A stretch of DNA of 63,990 nucleotides, filler included, from a bacterium (GTDB lineage: Bacteria; JBBIVP01), in the NCBI GenBank assembly GCA_037439705.1. It is 3 parts of 3 records of this genome, joined end to end, with 100 filler letters (N's around TTAATTAATTAA, not from the genome) between each part and the next. Parts side by side here need not be neighbours in the genome. Positions count along the whole stretch, not along the records: positions 1 to 26,246 come from JBBIVP010000007.1; 2 more parts are not named here. One strand, written 5' to 3'. The position numbers and the translations under genes are program-made. Below the pieces are notes generated by a model that did no database searches, had not been told where the DNA came from, and saw only the letters and a program-made list of their open reading frames with translations. Shown here one piece after another: positions 8,533-18,101 of this stretch (within the stretch, counting starts at the first letter, position 1; each line of letters opens with the position of its first letter).

Positions 8533-9285
8533 ATGAAAGTGCTTGTATCAGTAAAGAGGGTTCCAGATCCTGATGTAAAAGCGAGGTTGAAGAAAGACAA
8601 AAGTGGAGTGGATACAGAAAACCTGAAGTTCGTGATAAATCCCTTTGATGAGATTGCAGTGGAGGAAGGTCTGAGAATCAAAGAGAAACACGGAGGAGAG
8701 GTTGTTGTGGTTTCTATAGGAGGAAAAGAGTCAACGGAACAGTTGAGGACCGCACTGGCTATGGGAGCGGACAGAGCGATTCTGGTTCTTTCAGAGGTTC
8801 CGCTTGATTCCTACAATGTGGCGCTGGTTTTTTCAAAGGTATATGAGATGGAAAAGCCAGACCTAATTCTCATGGGAAAACAGGCAGTTGATGATGATTC
8901 CAATCAGGCTGCGCAGATGCTTGCAGAGCTTCTGAAAATTCCGCAAGCTACCTTCGCTTACAGAATAAATTTCTCCCAGGATTTGAAAAAAGCCGAGGTG
9001 ATAAGGGAGGTGGACGGTGGGCTTGAAACAGTGGAGGTGGAACTTCCTGCAGTTATAACTGCAGATCTCAGATTGAATGAACCGAGGTACGCTTCTCTTC
9101 CGGGAATAATGAAGGCAAAATCAAAACCGCTGAAAGAAATATCTCTTCAGGAGCTGGGAATAGGTGTGAGGCCGAGAATTGAAATCGTAGAACTTGATGA
9201 GCCACCCAAGAGAAAGGGTGGAAGAAAGGTGGAAAGCGTTGATGAACTCGTTGATAAACTTCACAATGAAGCGAAAGTAATATAG
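8533..9285 (+). CDS. etfB: Electron transfer flavoprotein beta subunit
   Basis: VKRVPD, NPFDEIAVEE, ALAMGADRA, GKQAVDDD, LNEPRYASLPGIMKAK; SD AGGAGGT. Confidence 0.95.
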   Translation: MKVLVSVKRVPDPDVKARLKKDKSGVDTENLKFVINPFDEIAVEEGLRIKEKHGGEVVVVSIGGKESTEQLRTALAMGADRAILVLSEVPLDSYNVALVFSKVYEMEKPDLILMGKQAVDDDSNQAAQMLAELLKIPQATFAYRINFSQDLKKAEVIREVDGGLETVEVELPAVITADLRLNEPRYASLPGIMKAKSKPLKEISLQELGIGVRPRIEIVELDEPPKRKGGRKVESVDELVDKLHNEAKVI

Positions 9286-9296
9286 GAGGTGAGAAA

Positions 9297-10265
9297 ATGG
9301 GAGTGATTGCAGTATTAGGAGAACACAAGGGAGGAAAATTGATAAAGGCAGTTTTTTCTGCTGTATCAGCAGGAAAAATTCTTTCTGAAAAGACAGGAAA
9401 GGAACTTGTAGGAGTAGTTTTTGGAAAAGATGTAAAGGGTGTAGCTCAAGAGATGGTTGAATATGGACTCAAAAAGGTTTACTACTTAGACCATCCTCTT
9501 TTAAAGGACTATACAGCGGAAGGATATTCGTCCGCCATTGAGCAGATTGATAAATCTATTGGAATAGACTACTTTATTGCCTCTGCTACCACAACAGGAA
9601 AGGATTTGCTCCCAAGGCTTGCGGCAAAACTTGATGCAGGAATGGCAAGCGATATATGCGAGGTTGTAAGTGAGAATTCATTTAAAAGATACATTTATGC
9701 GGGAAGCATAATAGCGACTGTAAAGGTGAATAGTCCTAAAATTATTCTCAGCATAAGAGCAACTGCTTTTCCGAAGGCTGAGAAGGCTGGAAAGGGAGAG
9801 GTGGTTGATTTTAAGGTTGAAGTTGAAGGATTTAAGAAAAGGTATGTGAAGATGGAAGAAGCGAAGTCCGAAAGACCCGAACTTCCAGAAGCGGAAATAG
9901 TGGTTTCGGGTGGAAGAGGGGTTAAGAGCGCTGAGAACTTCAAGGAATACATTGAGAAACTGGCGGATGCAATCGGTGCGGCAGTGGGAGCATCAAGGGC
10001 TGCGGTAGATTCAGGATTCTGTCCAAATGACTGGCAGGTGGGACAGACAGGGAAAATTGTTGCTCCAAATCTTTACATAGCAATAGGCATCTCAGGAGCC
10101 ATTCAGCATCTTGCAGGGATGAAGGATTCAAAGGTGATAGTTGCAATAAATAAAGACCCGGAGGCACCAATTTTTGAGGTTGCAGATTATGGACTTGTGG
10201 CAGACCTTTTCAAGGTTGTTCCTGAACTGAGGGAGAAGCTGGCAAAGCTGAAGGCAGAAGGATAA
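9297..10265 (+). CDS. etfA: Electron transfer flavoprotein alpha subunit
   Basis: [35 protein letters not shown]. Confidence 0.95.
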   Translation: MGVIAVLGEHKGGKLIKAVFSAVSAGKILSEKTGKELVGVVFGKDVKGVAQEMVEYGLKKVYYLDHPLLKDYTAEGYSSAIEQIDKSIGIDYFIASATTTGKDLLPRLAAKLDAGMASDICEVVSENSFKRYIYAGSIIATVKVNSPKIILSIRATAFPKAEKAGKGEVVDFKVEVEGFKKRYVKMEEAKSERPELPEAEIVVSGGRGVKSAENFKEYIEKLADAIGAAVGASRAAVDSGFCPNDWQVGQTGKIVAPNLYIAIGISGAIQHLAGMKDSKVIVAINKDPEAPIFEVADYGLVADLFKVVPELREKLAKLKAEG

Positions 10266-10284
10266 TGGAATAGGAATTATAAAA

Positions 10285-10327
10285 AATTAGAAAAAGAGAG
10301 CAATTCCCCCACTCTCAATTTCTAATT
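10285..10327. repeat. Imperfect inverted repeat after etfA (possible terminator or dispersed-repeat remnant)
   Basis: AATTAGAAA..GAGAG / CTCTC..TTTCTAATT. Confidence 0.4.
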
Positions 10328-10406
10328 AGACACACCCACTTTCTTCATCCTTACCCTCAAATCAAACATTTTTGAAAATTCTATCCTAATTGATATAATT
10401 TTAAGA

Positions 10407-11402
10407 ATGGAAAAGAAAACACTTATAATTCAAACTGCCTTTTTAGGGGACCTGATTCTGACAGAACCTCTTATAAGGACGTTGAGGGAGAGGTGGGAGA
10501 CCGTTCCGCTTTTGTTGATAAGAGAAGGGCTTGAGGGACTGGTAAAGTTCATGAATGGAGTTGAGGTTATTACCATCAATAAAAAGGGAATTAATTTTAT
10601 AGACACGCTCTCGGTATTAAGAAGGGTTATGAAAGAAAAATTTGATTTTGTCCTTTCACCGCATCGTTCCTTCAGAAGCGCCTTTATAGCAAGGGGAGCA
10701 ATAAATGCGGTAAAAATAGGGTTCTCAAATTCCGGTGGATTCTGGTTTTACGATGCGGTGGTTCCTTATGAGGGAGAACACGAGGTTCAAAGGATTCTTT
10801 CCCTCTTGAAGCCTGTGGAAAAGGAGTATTTCGGAGTTATTCCACCAAAATTCTTTCTCAACGAAGTTGATGTGGAAAGAGGGAAAAGGATTTTAAGGGC
10901 AAAAGGAATTGGTGAAGGATTTATAGCGATTTTTCCCGGTTCAAAATGGGAAACAAAGAGGTGGTTGCCCGAGGGATTTGTTGGACTTATTCATCTTCTT
11001 AAAAAATCAGGATTTTCTCCTGTTATTCTCGGTTCAGGAGAAGAAAGGAGTCTTTGTGAAAAAATTGCAAAAGAAACTGAGGTTACAAGTCTTGCTGGAG
11101 AGACATCCATTGAGGATTTAATATCAATTCTTTTTTACGCACATGCCATACTTTCCAATGATAGCGCTCCTGTCCACATTGCTTCAGCCCTTGAAAAACC
11201 CGTTGTGGCAATTTTCGGTCCAACCCATCCTTCCCTTGGCTTTTATCCATTGAGCAAAAAATCAATTGTGGTTCAGAACGAAGAAATTAAATGTAGACCC
11301 TGCAGTCTTCACGGAGGAAGGAGGTGTCCTCAAAAGCATTTTCTTTGCATGAAAACCATCTCCTTTCATCAGGTATATTCAGCCCTTATGGCGGTTTTAT
11401 GA
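10407..11402 (+). CDS. GT9 LPS heptosyltransferase (WaaF-like)
   Basis: IQTAFLGDLIL, PGSKWETKRW, NDSAPVHIA, AIFGPT. Confidence 0.9.
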   Translation: MEKKTLIIQTAFLGDLILTEPLIRTLRERWETVPLLLIREGLEGLVKFMNGVEVITINKKGINFIDTLSVLRRVMKEKFDFVLSPHRSFRSAFIARGAINAVKIGFSNSGGFWFYDAVVPYEGEHEVQRILSLLKPVEKEYFGVIPPKFFLNEVDVERGKRILRAKGIGEGFIAIFPGSKWETKRWLPEGFVGLIHLLKKSGFSPVILGSGEERSLCEKIAKETEVTSLAGETSIEDLISILFYAHAILSNDSAPVHIASALEKPVVAIFGPTHPSLGFYPLSKKSIVVQNEEIKCRPCSLHGGRRCPQKHFLCMKTISFHQVYSALMAVL

Positions 11403-12268
11403 ACGAAATAAAAAAAAGGGTGAGGAGGTGGCTTGTCCGCCTTGGAATTAAAACCATTATTTCAGCCCTTAGAACCCTTCCAGAAAATTTCTGGATAAAA
11501 GGTGCGGGTTTCTTTTCAAATTTATTAAAAATTTTTTTCAGGAATGAGACAAAAATAATAAAAGAGAATTACAGAAAGGTATATGGAAGAGAAACGCCGG
11601 ATGGGTTTGTTGGAAAATTTTATAAAAATCTGGTTTACGGGTCAATAGAGATTGCAAAAGCGGAGAGAGAATTTCCGAGAGGCTTTGAATTTCTGGTTGA
11701 GGAGAAGAAATTGAATCTTATTGATGAATTGATAAATGATGGAAAAAAGATAATCTGGGTTTCGGCACATATAGGAAACTGGGAGCTACTTCCCTTTTAT
11801 TTTTCTTCAAGGGGTTATAAGATATCTGTCCTTGCGAGAAGACTATACGATGAAAGGCTCAACGAGATGCTTGAAAGGTTTAGAAAGAAGATGGGAGTGA
11901 ATGTGATATACAGGGAGGAGAAGAATACAGCCTTTCAAATTATGAGGGCAATAAAAAGGGACAATATAATAGGTTTTCTCATTGACCAGAACATAAAGAA
12001 TGTAGAGTATGTGGAATCTTCCTTTCTGGGAATTCCTTCAAACACTCCTGTTGGTTTCGCAAGGATATCAAAAAATTTTTCCATGCCCGTGATTGTTGGA
12101 GTGAGCGTAAGGGTTCAACCATTTTCTTTTAAGGTTCTCATTTCCCATCCAATTTTGCCTGATGAAAAATCTGATAAAGAAATTGTTGATGAGGCAAATT
12201 TAATTCTTACAGACTTCATAAATTCCTATCCCGACCAGTGGATGTGGATTCACAGGAGATGGGGATGA
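11399..12268 (+). CDS. Lipid A late acyltransferase (LpxL/HtrB family)
   Basis: SAHIGNWE, LIDQ, PDQWMWIHRRW; ATG 11399 overlaps the upstream stop. Confidence 0.9.
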   Translation: MNEIKKRVRRWLVRLGIKTIISALRTLPENFWIKGAGFFSNLLKIFFRNETKIIKENYRKVYGRETPDGFVGKFYKNLVYGSIEIAKAEREFPRGFEFLVEEKKLNLIDELINDGKKIIWVSAHIGNWELLPFYFSSRGYKISVLARRLYDERLNEMLERFRKKMGVNVIYREEKNTAFQIMRAIKRDNIIGFLIDQNIKNVEYVESSFLGIPSNTPVGFARISKNFSMPVIVGVSVRVQPFSFKVLISHPILPDEKSDKEIVDEANLILTDFINSYPDQWMWIHRRWG

Positions 12269-12762
12269 GAAGGATAATGCTAATACTTATTTTCCTTTCA
12301 TGTGAAAAAACCATTACCCTCTCGTATACAGATTCAGAAAAGGTTATTGAGGTATCAAGTATTAAAATTGAATGGAGTGACGGGAAGAACAGAATTTCAG
12401 CCTTTCCAGAAGAGATAACATATTTTTACAATACCGGAGAACTTTTCTTTTCATCACTTACAGGAGTTATAATAAATCCCTCCGGGCGCAGTTATTCTGT
12501 AAAGGCAGAAAGGGGATTTTATAAAGATAAGATAGAAGAAGGAAGTGTTGAGAAAGCGAGTGTAAAAGCCGATGATGGAAACTTTACTGGAAATTCATTA
12601 TTGATTTTTTTCTCATCACCAACTACAATGGTGGTTAAGGATTGCTACGGAGTCTACGGAAGGCTTTCCTTTTCGGCTGAAGAATGCAGGTTTTTCCCTG
12701 ACGAAGAAGTGCTCGTTCTTTCAGGAAATGTAAGTGGAACCGTTTATCCGGAAGAAAAATGA
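12265..12762 (+). CDS. Divergent LptC-like periplasmic protein/lipoprotein
   Basis: N-terminal MRRIMLILIFLSC, beta-rich, ends LVLSGNVSG; position before lptA-lptB. Confidence 0.55.
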   Translation: MRRIMLILIFLSCEKTITLSYTDSEKVIEVSSIKIEWSDGKNRISAFPEEITYFYNTGELFFSSLTGVIINPSGRSYSVKAERGFYKDKIEEGSVEKASVKADDGNFTGNSLLIFFSSPTTMVVKDCYGVYGRLSFSAEECRFFPDEEVLVLSGNVSGTVYPEEK

Positions 12763-13199
12763 AAGTTCTTATTATTCTACTTCTTCTATCAGGGACAAAA
12801 TTTGAAGGATTAAAGACAAAAAGGGGACCGGTTCACATAAAGGCTGACAGGATGACGGTTTACAAAAAAGACAGAAAAATAGTGTTTGAAGGAAATGTGT
12901 CATTGAAAAGGGAAGACATATTCGTAAAAGCAGATGTCGCTGAGGTTTATCTTGACGAAAAATTTGAGAACATAAAAAGAATTGTTGCAAGAGGGAGGGT
13001 AATGGCAACTCAGGGAGATAGAAACGCAAGGTGCGGAAGGCTTGAGTACCTTCAGGATAAGGAAATTATGAGACTTACAATTAATCCTGTAATCTGGACC
13101 AGAACTGGCGTTGTAAGTGGAGAGGTGATAATTGTCCACATTGAAAGCGAAGTAATTGAAATAGAGAAGGCTGCAACCACAATAGAGTCATCAAAATGA
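12759..13199 (+). CDS. lptA: LPS transport periplasmic protein LptA
   Basis: PVHIKAD, VFEGNV, ARGRV OstA-like motifs; upstream of lptB. Confidence 0.8.
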   Translation: MKVLIILLLLSGTKFEGLKTKRGPVHIKADRMTVYKKDRKIVFEGNVSLKREDIFVKADVAEVYLDEKFENIKRIVARGRVMATQGDRNARCGRLEYLQDKEIMRLTINPVIWTRTGVVSGEVIIVHIESEVIEIEKAATTIESSK

Positions 13200-13918
13200 A
13201 AGGACTTGTCGGAAAGAATCTGGAAAAGAGCTATGGCAAGAAGAAGGTTGTTGGTGGAGTAACGCTTCAGCTTGAAAAAGGAGAGCTGGTTGGACTTGCT
13301 GGGCCGAACGGTGCTGGGAAAACAACCACATTTTATATGATTTCTGGATTTGTATTTCCTGATAGTGGAAATGTTTTTCTTGACAGTGAGGAAATTACAT
13401 CCCTTCCCGTTCATTTAAGGGCGAGAAAGGGAATTGTTTATCTTCCGCAGGAGCCATCCATATTCAGAAGATTAACCGTTGAAGAAAACATCATCTCTGC
13501 TCTTGAACTTTACAATCCAAAAAATGTTGTATATGAAAAGCTTGAGACCATTCTTAACACTTTTCATATTGCGCATTTAAGAAAGAAAAAGGGAGCAACT
13601 CTCTCCGGGGGTGAAAGGAGGAGAACGGAGATTGCAAGGGCTTTTTCTGTAGAGCCACATTTCATGCTTCTTGATGAGCCATTTACAGGAATTGATCCGT
13701 TAATGACTTCAGAACTTGCAGAACTTTTGAAATTTTTGAAGAAAAGGGGAGTTGGAATTCTCATCTCTGACCACAACATAAAAGAGGTATTGAAAATCTG
13801 TGATAGGGTATATATACTTTATGAAGGAAAGGTGATATTTCATGGTTCGCCCGAAGAAGCGGTTAAAAATGAAAAAGTCAGGGAACTTTATCTCGGCGAG
13901 GATTTTGAACTGAGATGA
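13196..13918 (+). CDS. lptB: LPS export ABC ATPase LptB
   Basis: GPNGAGKTTTFYMI, YLPQEPSIFRRLTVEEN, LSGGERRRTEIAR, YLGEDF. Confidence 0.95.
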   Translation: MKGLVGKNLEKSYGKKKVVGGVTLQLEKGELVGLAGPNGAGKTTTFYMISGFVFPDSGNVFLDSEEITSLPVHLRARKGIVYLPQEPSIFRRLTVEENIISALELYNPKNVVYEKLETILNTFHIAHLRKKKGATLSGGERRRTEIARAFSVEPHFMLLDEPFTGIDPLMTSELAELLKFLKKRGVGILISDHNIKEVLKICDRVYILYEGKVIFHGSPEEAVKNEKVRELYLGEDFELR

Positions 13919-15282
13919 AAGTAAAGCAGGAAGTGAACCTCCAGCAGAGGCTTGAACCCAGGCTCACCCCGGAGCTTGTGATTTTTCTGAATCTCCTCCA
14001 GCTTCCAATTACTGAACTGGAAATTTCAGTTCAGGAAGAACTTGAAAGAAATCCATTCCTTGAAGTAAAGGAACCGGAAATTGAAGAAAAAATATCAGAA
14101 CTTGACAGGGTTGTGGAAGAACAGGGTAGAATTTACAGGTTTGAAAGCTCACTCATTGACCCTGAAAGTATGGATGGTTTTCTATTTGAAAATATGCCTG
14201 AAGAGGGAAAAAGCATATATCAACACATAATGGAGCAGATTTCAACTATGAACCTGAAAGAAGAAGAAAAGGTGGTTGCTCATACAATTCTTGGATTTAT
14301 AGATGAGAGGGGGTTTGTCACAGCATCAGCAGAGGAAATGGCAACTCAGCTAAATCTTCCAAAGGAGATGGTTTCAAGGGTTCTTGAGAGGATGAAAAAG
14401 GAAATAGAGCCTACAGGACTCATAGCAGAATCCGTTGAGGAGAGGCTGTTGATTCAGGCAGTTGAATGCGGAGGAGATGATGTTGTTCTGGAGATAATAA
14501 AGAAATATCTTCATTTGATAGAGACAGGGAAAACCGAAAGAATAATGAAAGAGATGGAAATTTCAAAGGAAGAGTTTGAGAGGGCTATAAATTTCATAAA
14601 ATCTTTAGATCCTAAGCCAGAAAGAATTTTTTTTTCTTCCTCTGATGCGGGATATGTTGTGCCTGATGCAAGGGTTTTTTTTGAGAATGGAGAAATTGTA
14701 GTTGATATAAATGATGCAGGCATTCCTGATTTAAGAATAAACACAGAATTATACAATCTCTATAAGAAGGAGTTAAGGAAGGGGAATGAGGAGGCAAAGA
14801 AAGCGATAGAGGTGCTCTATTACAGGGCAAAGAGCTTCTACAGGCTTAAGTTTGAAAGGAGGAAAAACCTTGAAAACATAATAAGGGAAATTGTGAAACA
14901 CAACACAGATTTTTTTACTGGAAAGGAGAATTCTTTAAAACCCCTTACAATGAAAAAAATTGCAGAACTTCTTCACATAAGTGAGGGAACTGTAAGCAGA
15001 ATTGTTGCAAAAAAGTTTATTGATACTCCGAAGGGAATTTTTGAAATTAAGGATTTTTTCACAAAGAAATTAAAGACAGTTGATGGAAGAGATGTATCTT
15101 CTGATTATGTGAAGAAAAGGATAAAAGAACTCATAGCGTCTGAGGATAAAAGGAGGCCTCTTTCCGATCAGAGGATTGCAGATATACTGAGAGAGGAAAA
15201 GATATGGGTGGCAAGGAGGACAATTGCCAAATACAGGGAAGAAATGAGTATCCTTGATTCAAAAAGAAGAAAAAGGAGGTGA
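13915..15282 (+). CDS. rpoN: RNA polymerase sigma-54 factor
   Basis: Q/L-rich region I, EELERNPFLE, SEGTVSR HTH, RpoN box ARRTIAKYRE. Confidence 0.95.
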   Translation: MKVKQEVNLQQRLEPRLTPELVIFLNLLQLPITELEISVQEELERNPFLEVKEPEIEEKISELDRVVEEQGRIYRFESSLIDPESMDGFLFENMPEEGKSIYQHIMEQISTMNLKEEEKVVAHTILGFIDERGFVTASAEEMATQLNLPKEMVSRVLERMKKEIEPTGLIAESVEERLLIQAVECGGDDVVLEIIKKYLHLIETGKTERIMKEMEISKEEFERAINFIKSLDPKPERIFFSSSDAGYVVPDARVFFENGEIVVDINDAGIPDLRINTELYNLYKKELRKGNEEAKKAIEVLYYRAKSFYRLKFERRKNLENIIREIVKHNTDFFTGKENSLKPLTMKKIAELLHISEGTVSRIVAKKFIDTPKGIFEIKDFFTKKLKTVDGRDVSSDYVKKRIKELIASEDKRRPLSDQRIADILREEKIWVARRTIAKYREEMSILDSKRRKRR

Positions 15283-15285
15283 ATC

Positions 15286-15744
15286 ATGTCACTAAAAATA
15301 CCTGTAAAGTTTGTTGACAGAATAAAGGTAAAAAAATCTCCTGAGGAGGTCTATGCATACCTCTCAAAGATAGAGAACATTGCTCCTCTTGTCCCGGGAA
15401 TTGATGAATTCAAAAAGGTAAAGAAAGATGTTTACAGGTGGAAGTTCAAGCCCATGGGGATGAAAGGGGTTTCTGTGGTTCTTGAATATGATACAACATT
15501 TTCTTTTAAGGAGAATGAAGAAATTATGTGGAATACAGTTGAAGGAAGCGGAAATGCAGAGATGACCGGAAAGGTAAGAATAAAGAAATTGAAGGGTGGA
15601 ACAGAATTGGATGTTGAAATAGAAATGACCCCCGACCTTCCGGTTCCTTCCATGTTCAGAAAGTTAGCAGAACCCTTTGTGAAATCAGAGTTTGAAAGGA
15701 TGATGGGAATTTTTGCAAAGAGGGTAAAAGAAGCCCTGGAATAA
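15286..15744 (+). CDS. SRPBCC/CoxG-family protein
   Basis: SPEEVYAYLS..ENIAPLVPG, GTELDVEIE pattern. Confidence 0.7.
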   Translation: MSLKIPVKFVDRIKVKKSPEEVYAYLSKIENIAPLVPGIDEFKKVKKDVYRWKFKPMGMKGVSVVLEYDTTFSFKENEEIMWNTVEGSGNAEMTGKVRIKKLKGGTELDVEIEMTPDLPVPSMFRKLAEPFVKSEFERMMGIFAKRVKEALE

Positions 15745-15748
15745 AGAT

Positions 15749-16252
15749 TTGAAAGCATTTATTGCGGTTTTTCTCCTCTTTCAAATTGAGATTACAAAGG
15801 GAGAGATTAAAACCCTTAAAGGAATAAAATCAACAGATATTTCGGTGAAAGGTATAAGACTGAATGACAGCATAGAAAAGGTTATTAAGGTTTTTGGAGA
15901 ACCCATTGGAAGAAGTGAAGAAAAGATATTTGTATATCCTGATTTTTTAATAAAATTTAAAAATGGAAAGGTAAATGAGATTTCTTTCAAAAGTTCCTTT
16001 GCAAATTCCATCAAAGGGGAGATAGAAAACCTTTTTAAGGATGAGATATTTACAGATAAGGAAATGAGAGAAAAACTCATCGGCGAAGAGGTAAAAATTG
16101 AGGTGGAGATGATAGAGGTTTCCAGGATAATGGTTGAAAAGTGGAAGATAATTTTCAAAAATGGCTTCATCCTTGAGGGTTCAAAAAAAGAAGGTAACTT
16201 CAGGTTTCAGTTTCTAACCCTTTTTGTTCCAGAGAATGAAAGGGCAGATTGA
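15749..16252 (+). CDS. Hypothetical exported protein
   Basis: Hydrophobic N-terminus, GIRLNDSIEKVIKVFGEP segment; in operon. Confidence 0.55.
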   Translation: MKAFIAVFLLFQIEITKGEIKTLKGIKSTDISVKGIRLNDSIEKVIKVFGEPIGRSEEKIFVYPDFLIKFKNGKVNEISFKSSFANSIKGEIENLFKDEIFTDKEMREKLIGEEVKIEVEMIEVSRIMVEKWKIIFKNGFILEGSKKEGNFRFQFLTLFVPENERAD

Positions 16253-16787
16253 GAGCATGAGATTCTGGGGAAGGGTTGTTATGGAAGGGGGACTTGTGAC
16301 CGGTTCAAGCGGAAATATGAGCATAAAAAGGGGAGAAAAAATATGCATAACAAGAACTGGAGCGATGCTCGGATATCTTAAAAAAGACGATATAATTGAA
16401 CTCGGATTAAAACCAAAAATTTCAGAGAAAAAAATTGTCAGCAAAGAACTGAGCCTTCATCTTCTTCTCTATGAGTGGAGGAGATGCAGGGCTGTTCTTC
16501 ATACCCATCCTCCTTATACTTTAGCCATATCGGAAAAGGAGAACTTCATAAAACCAGTTGACCTTGAAGGAAGGGTTCTTGCTCCAGAGATACCGGTGGT
16601 GGACCTTTCCTACCCTTACAGGGATGAAGAATTAAAAGAAAAGTTAAAAGAACTGGTTAAAAGATATCCATTTTTTGTGGTTCGCTGGCACGGTTTGTTT
16701 ACAATGGGAAAAAGCCTTGAAGAAACTGTCAAAATTTCATTCACTATTGAATCTTCTTCCCGGCTCCTGTGTCTTTTGAGGCGATAG
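16236..16787 (+). CDS. Class II aldolase/adducin-family protein
   Basis: GSSGNMS, ITRTG, SKELSLH, AVLHTHP, WHG. Confidence 0.85.
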   Translation: MKGQIESMRFWGRVVMEGGLVTGSSGNMSIKRGEKICITRTGAMLGYLKKDDIIELGLKPKISEKKIVSKELSLHLLLYEWRRCRAVLHTHPPYTLAISEKENFIKPVDLEGRVLAPEIPVVDLSYPYRDEELKEKLKELVKRYPFFVVRWHGLFTMGKSLEETVKISFTIESSSRLLCLLRR

Positions 16788-16793
16788 GGAAAT

Positions 16794-18101
16794 TTACAAA
16801 GAACGCCCGACTTTATCTTCTATCCTTCTTCCCCTTCTTAACATCCCCCACTTCCTCCTTTTATCCCATATAGTTTTTGGAGTAATCCCCAGTAAACTTG
16901 CTATTTCTTTATCAGTATATTCCTTTTCAAATGTTTCTATAAAAGCCTTTATGTATTCATCCACAGAAAGTTTCTTCTGGATTGCCTCTTTGAGGAATCT
17001 TCTCTTTCTTTCCTCGCTTCTTCTTTCAAGAAAAAGTGGAAGGTCATCCTCTGTTATTACTTCCTTGTCTTTTGGAAGAAGAATTAGAACCTGTTCAACC
17101 ACATTTCTCAATTCCTTTATATTTCCTGGCCAGGGATAATTTTTGAGCATACCTATTGCTCCCGGAGAGAAAACCTTCGCTTTTTTTCCGAAGTTTGGAC
17201 ATAATTCCCTCAAAAGACTTGTAAGAAGCATTTCTATGTCCTCAAGCCTTTCCCTCAGGGGAGGCAGGTATATGGAAAAGACGCTCAAGCTAAGATAAAG
17301 CTCTTCAGAGAAGGAGTTTCTTCCCACAGCAGATAGATCAAGGGAACTGCTTGCAATTATTCTGACATTTAGTTTTTTCTCTGCCCCTTCTTTTTCAAAA
17401 GGAAGTGCTCCCTTTTTGAGAAAATTTAAGAGATGCTTTTGGGCATCTTCTGAAAGAGCAGTTATCTCTTCAAAATATAATGTCCCATTTTGTGCTTTTT
17501 CTATTATTCCCTCTTTTGAACCCTCTGGTTTACCAAATATCTCTTCCGTAAGGAAGTGAGAAGGAATTGAAACACAATTTATACTTATGAAAGGACCGTT
17601 ACTTCTTGAGCTCAATTCGTGAATAGCCCTTGCCACAATTTCAACCTCTGTACCGCTTTCTCCTGTTATCAAAACGGGGAGGTCTGTTGGAGCCACATTT
17701 CTAATAAGGCTTCTCATTTGCTCAATGTTTCTTGAGACGCCAACTATTTTATCAATCCATTCAAATTTCTTCTCATTAAGGGACGGAGATATAAAGGATA
17801 TGGATTCCCAAAGCTTTTCAGGGGTTATAGGCTTTCTTATTATATCCTTTATTCCTTTTCTAAGGGCTTGAAGGGCAGTTTCAAAAACTGGTTTATTCAC
17901 AAGAAGGATTGAAGGAATTTTGAAGTTTACCATATCAATGGAGTTAATTGGAGTATATTCATCGTCAATGAGGAGGAGGTCAAAATCAGGCGATACATGA
18001 GGTTCATCCACTATTTCATAATATATTCCCATTTTCATTGAAAGGGTTCTTATTACAAAAAGGGAGTTCTCGTCTGTCTTTTTGAGAAGCGCTATTCTCA
18101 T
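16794..18101 (-). CDS. Sigma54 enhancer-binding-protein homolog (receiver-like + AAA+ + Fis-type HTH), degenerate
   Basis: PVLITGESGTEVE, INC, LPPLRERLEDI, YPWPGNIKELRNVVE; GAFTGA absent. Confidence 0.85.
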   Translation of the reverse strand: MRIALLKKTDENSLFVIRTLSMKMGIYYEIVDEPHVSPDFDLLLIDDEYTPINSIDMVNFKIPSILLVNKPVFETALQALRKGIKDIIRKPITPEKLWESISFISPSLNEKKFEWIDKIVGVSRNIEQMRSLIRNVAPTDLPVLITGESGTEVEIVARAIHELSSRSNGPFISINCVSIPSHFLTEEIFGKPEGSKEGIIEKAQNGTLYFEEITALSEDAQKHLLNFLKKGALPFEKEGAEKKLNVRIIASSSLDLSAVGRNSFSEELYLSLSVFSIYLPPLRERLEDIEMLLTSLLRELCPNFGKKAKVFSPGAIGMLKNYPWPGNIKELRNVVEQVLILLPKDKEVITEDDLPLFLERRSEERKRRFLKEAIQKKLSVDEYIKAFIETFEKEYTDKEIASLLGITPKTIWDKRRKWGMLRRGRRIEDKVGRSL

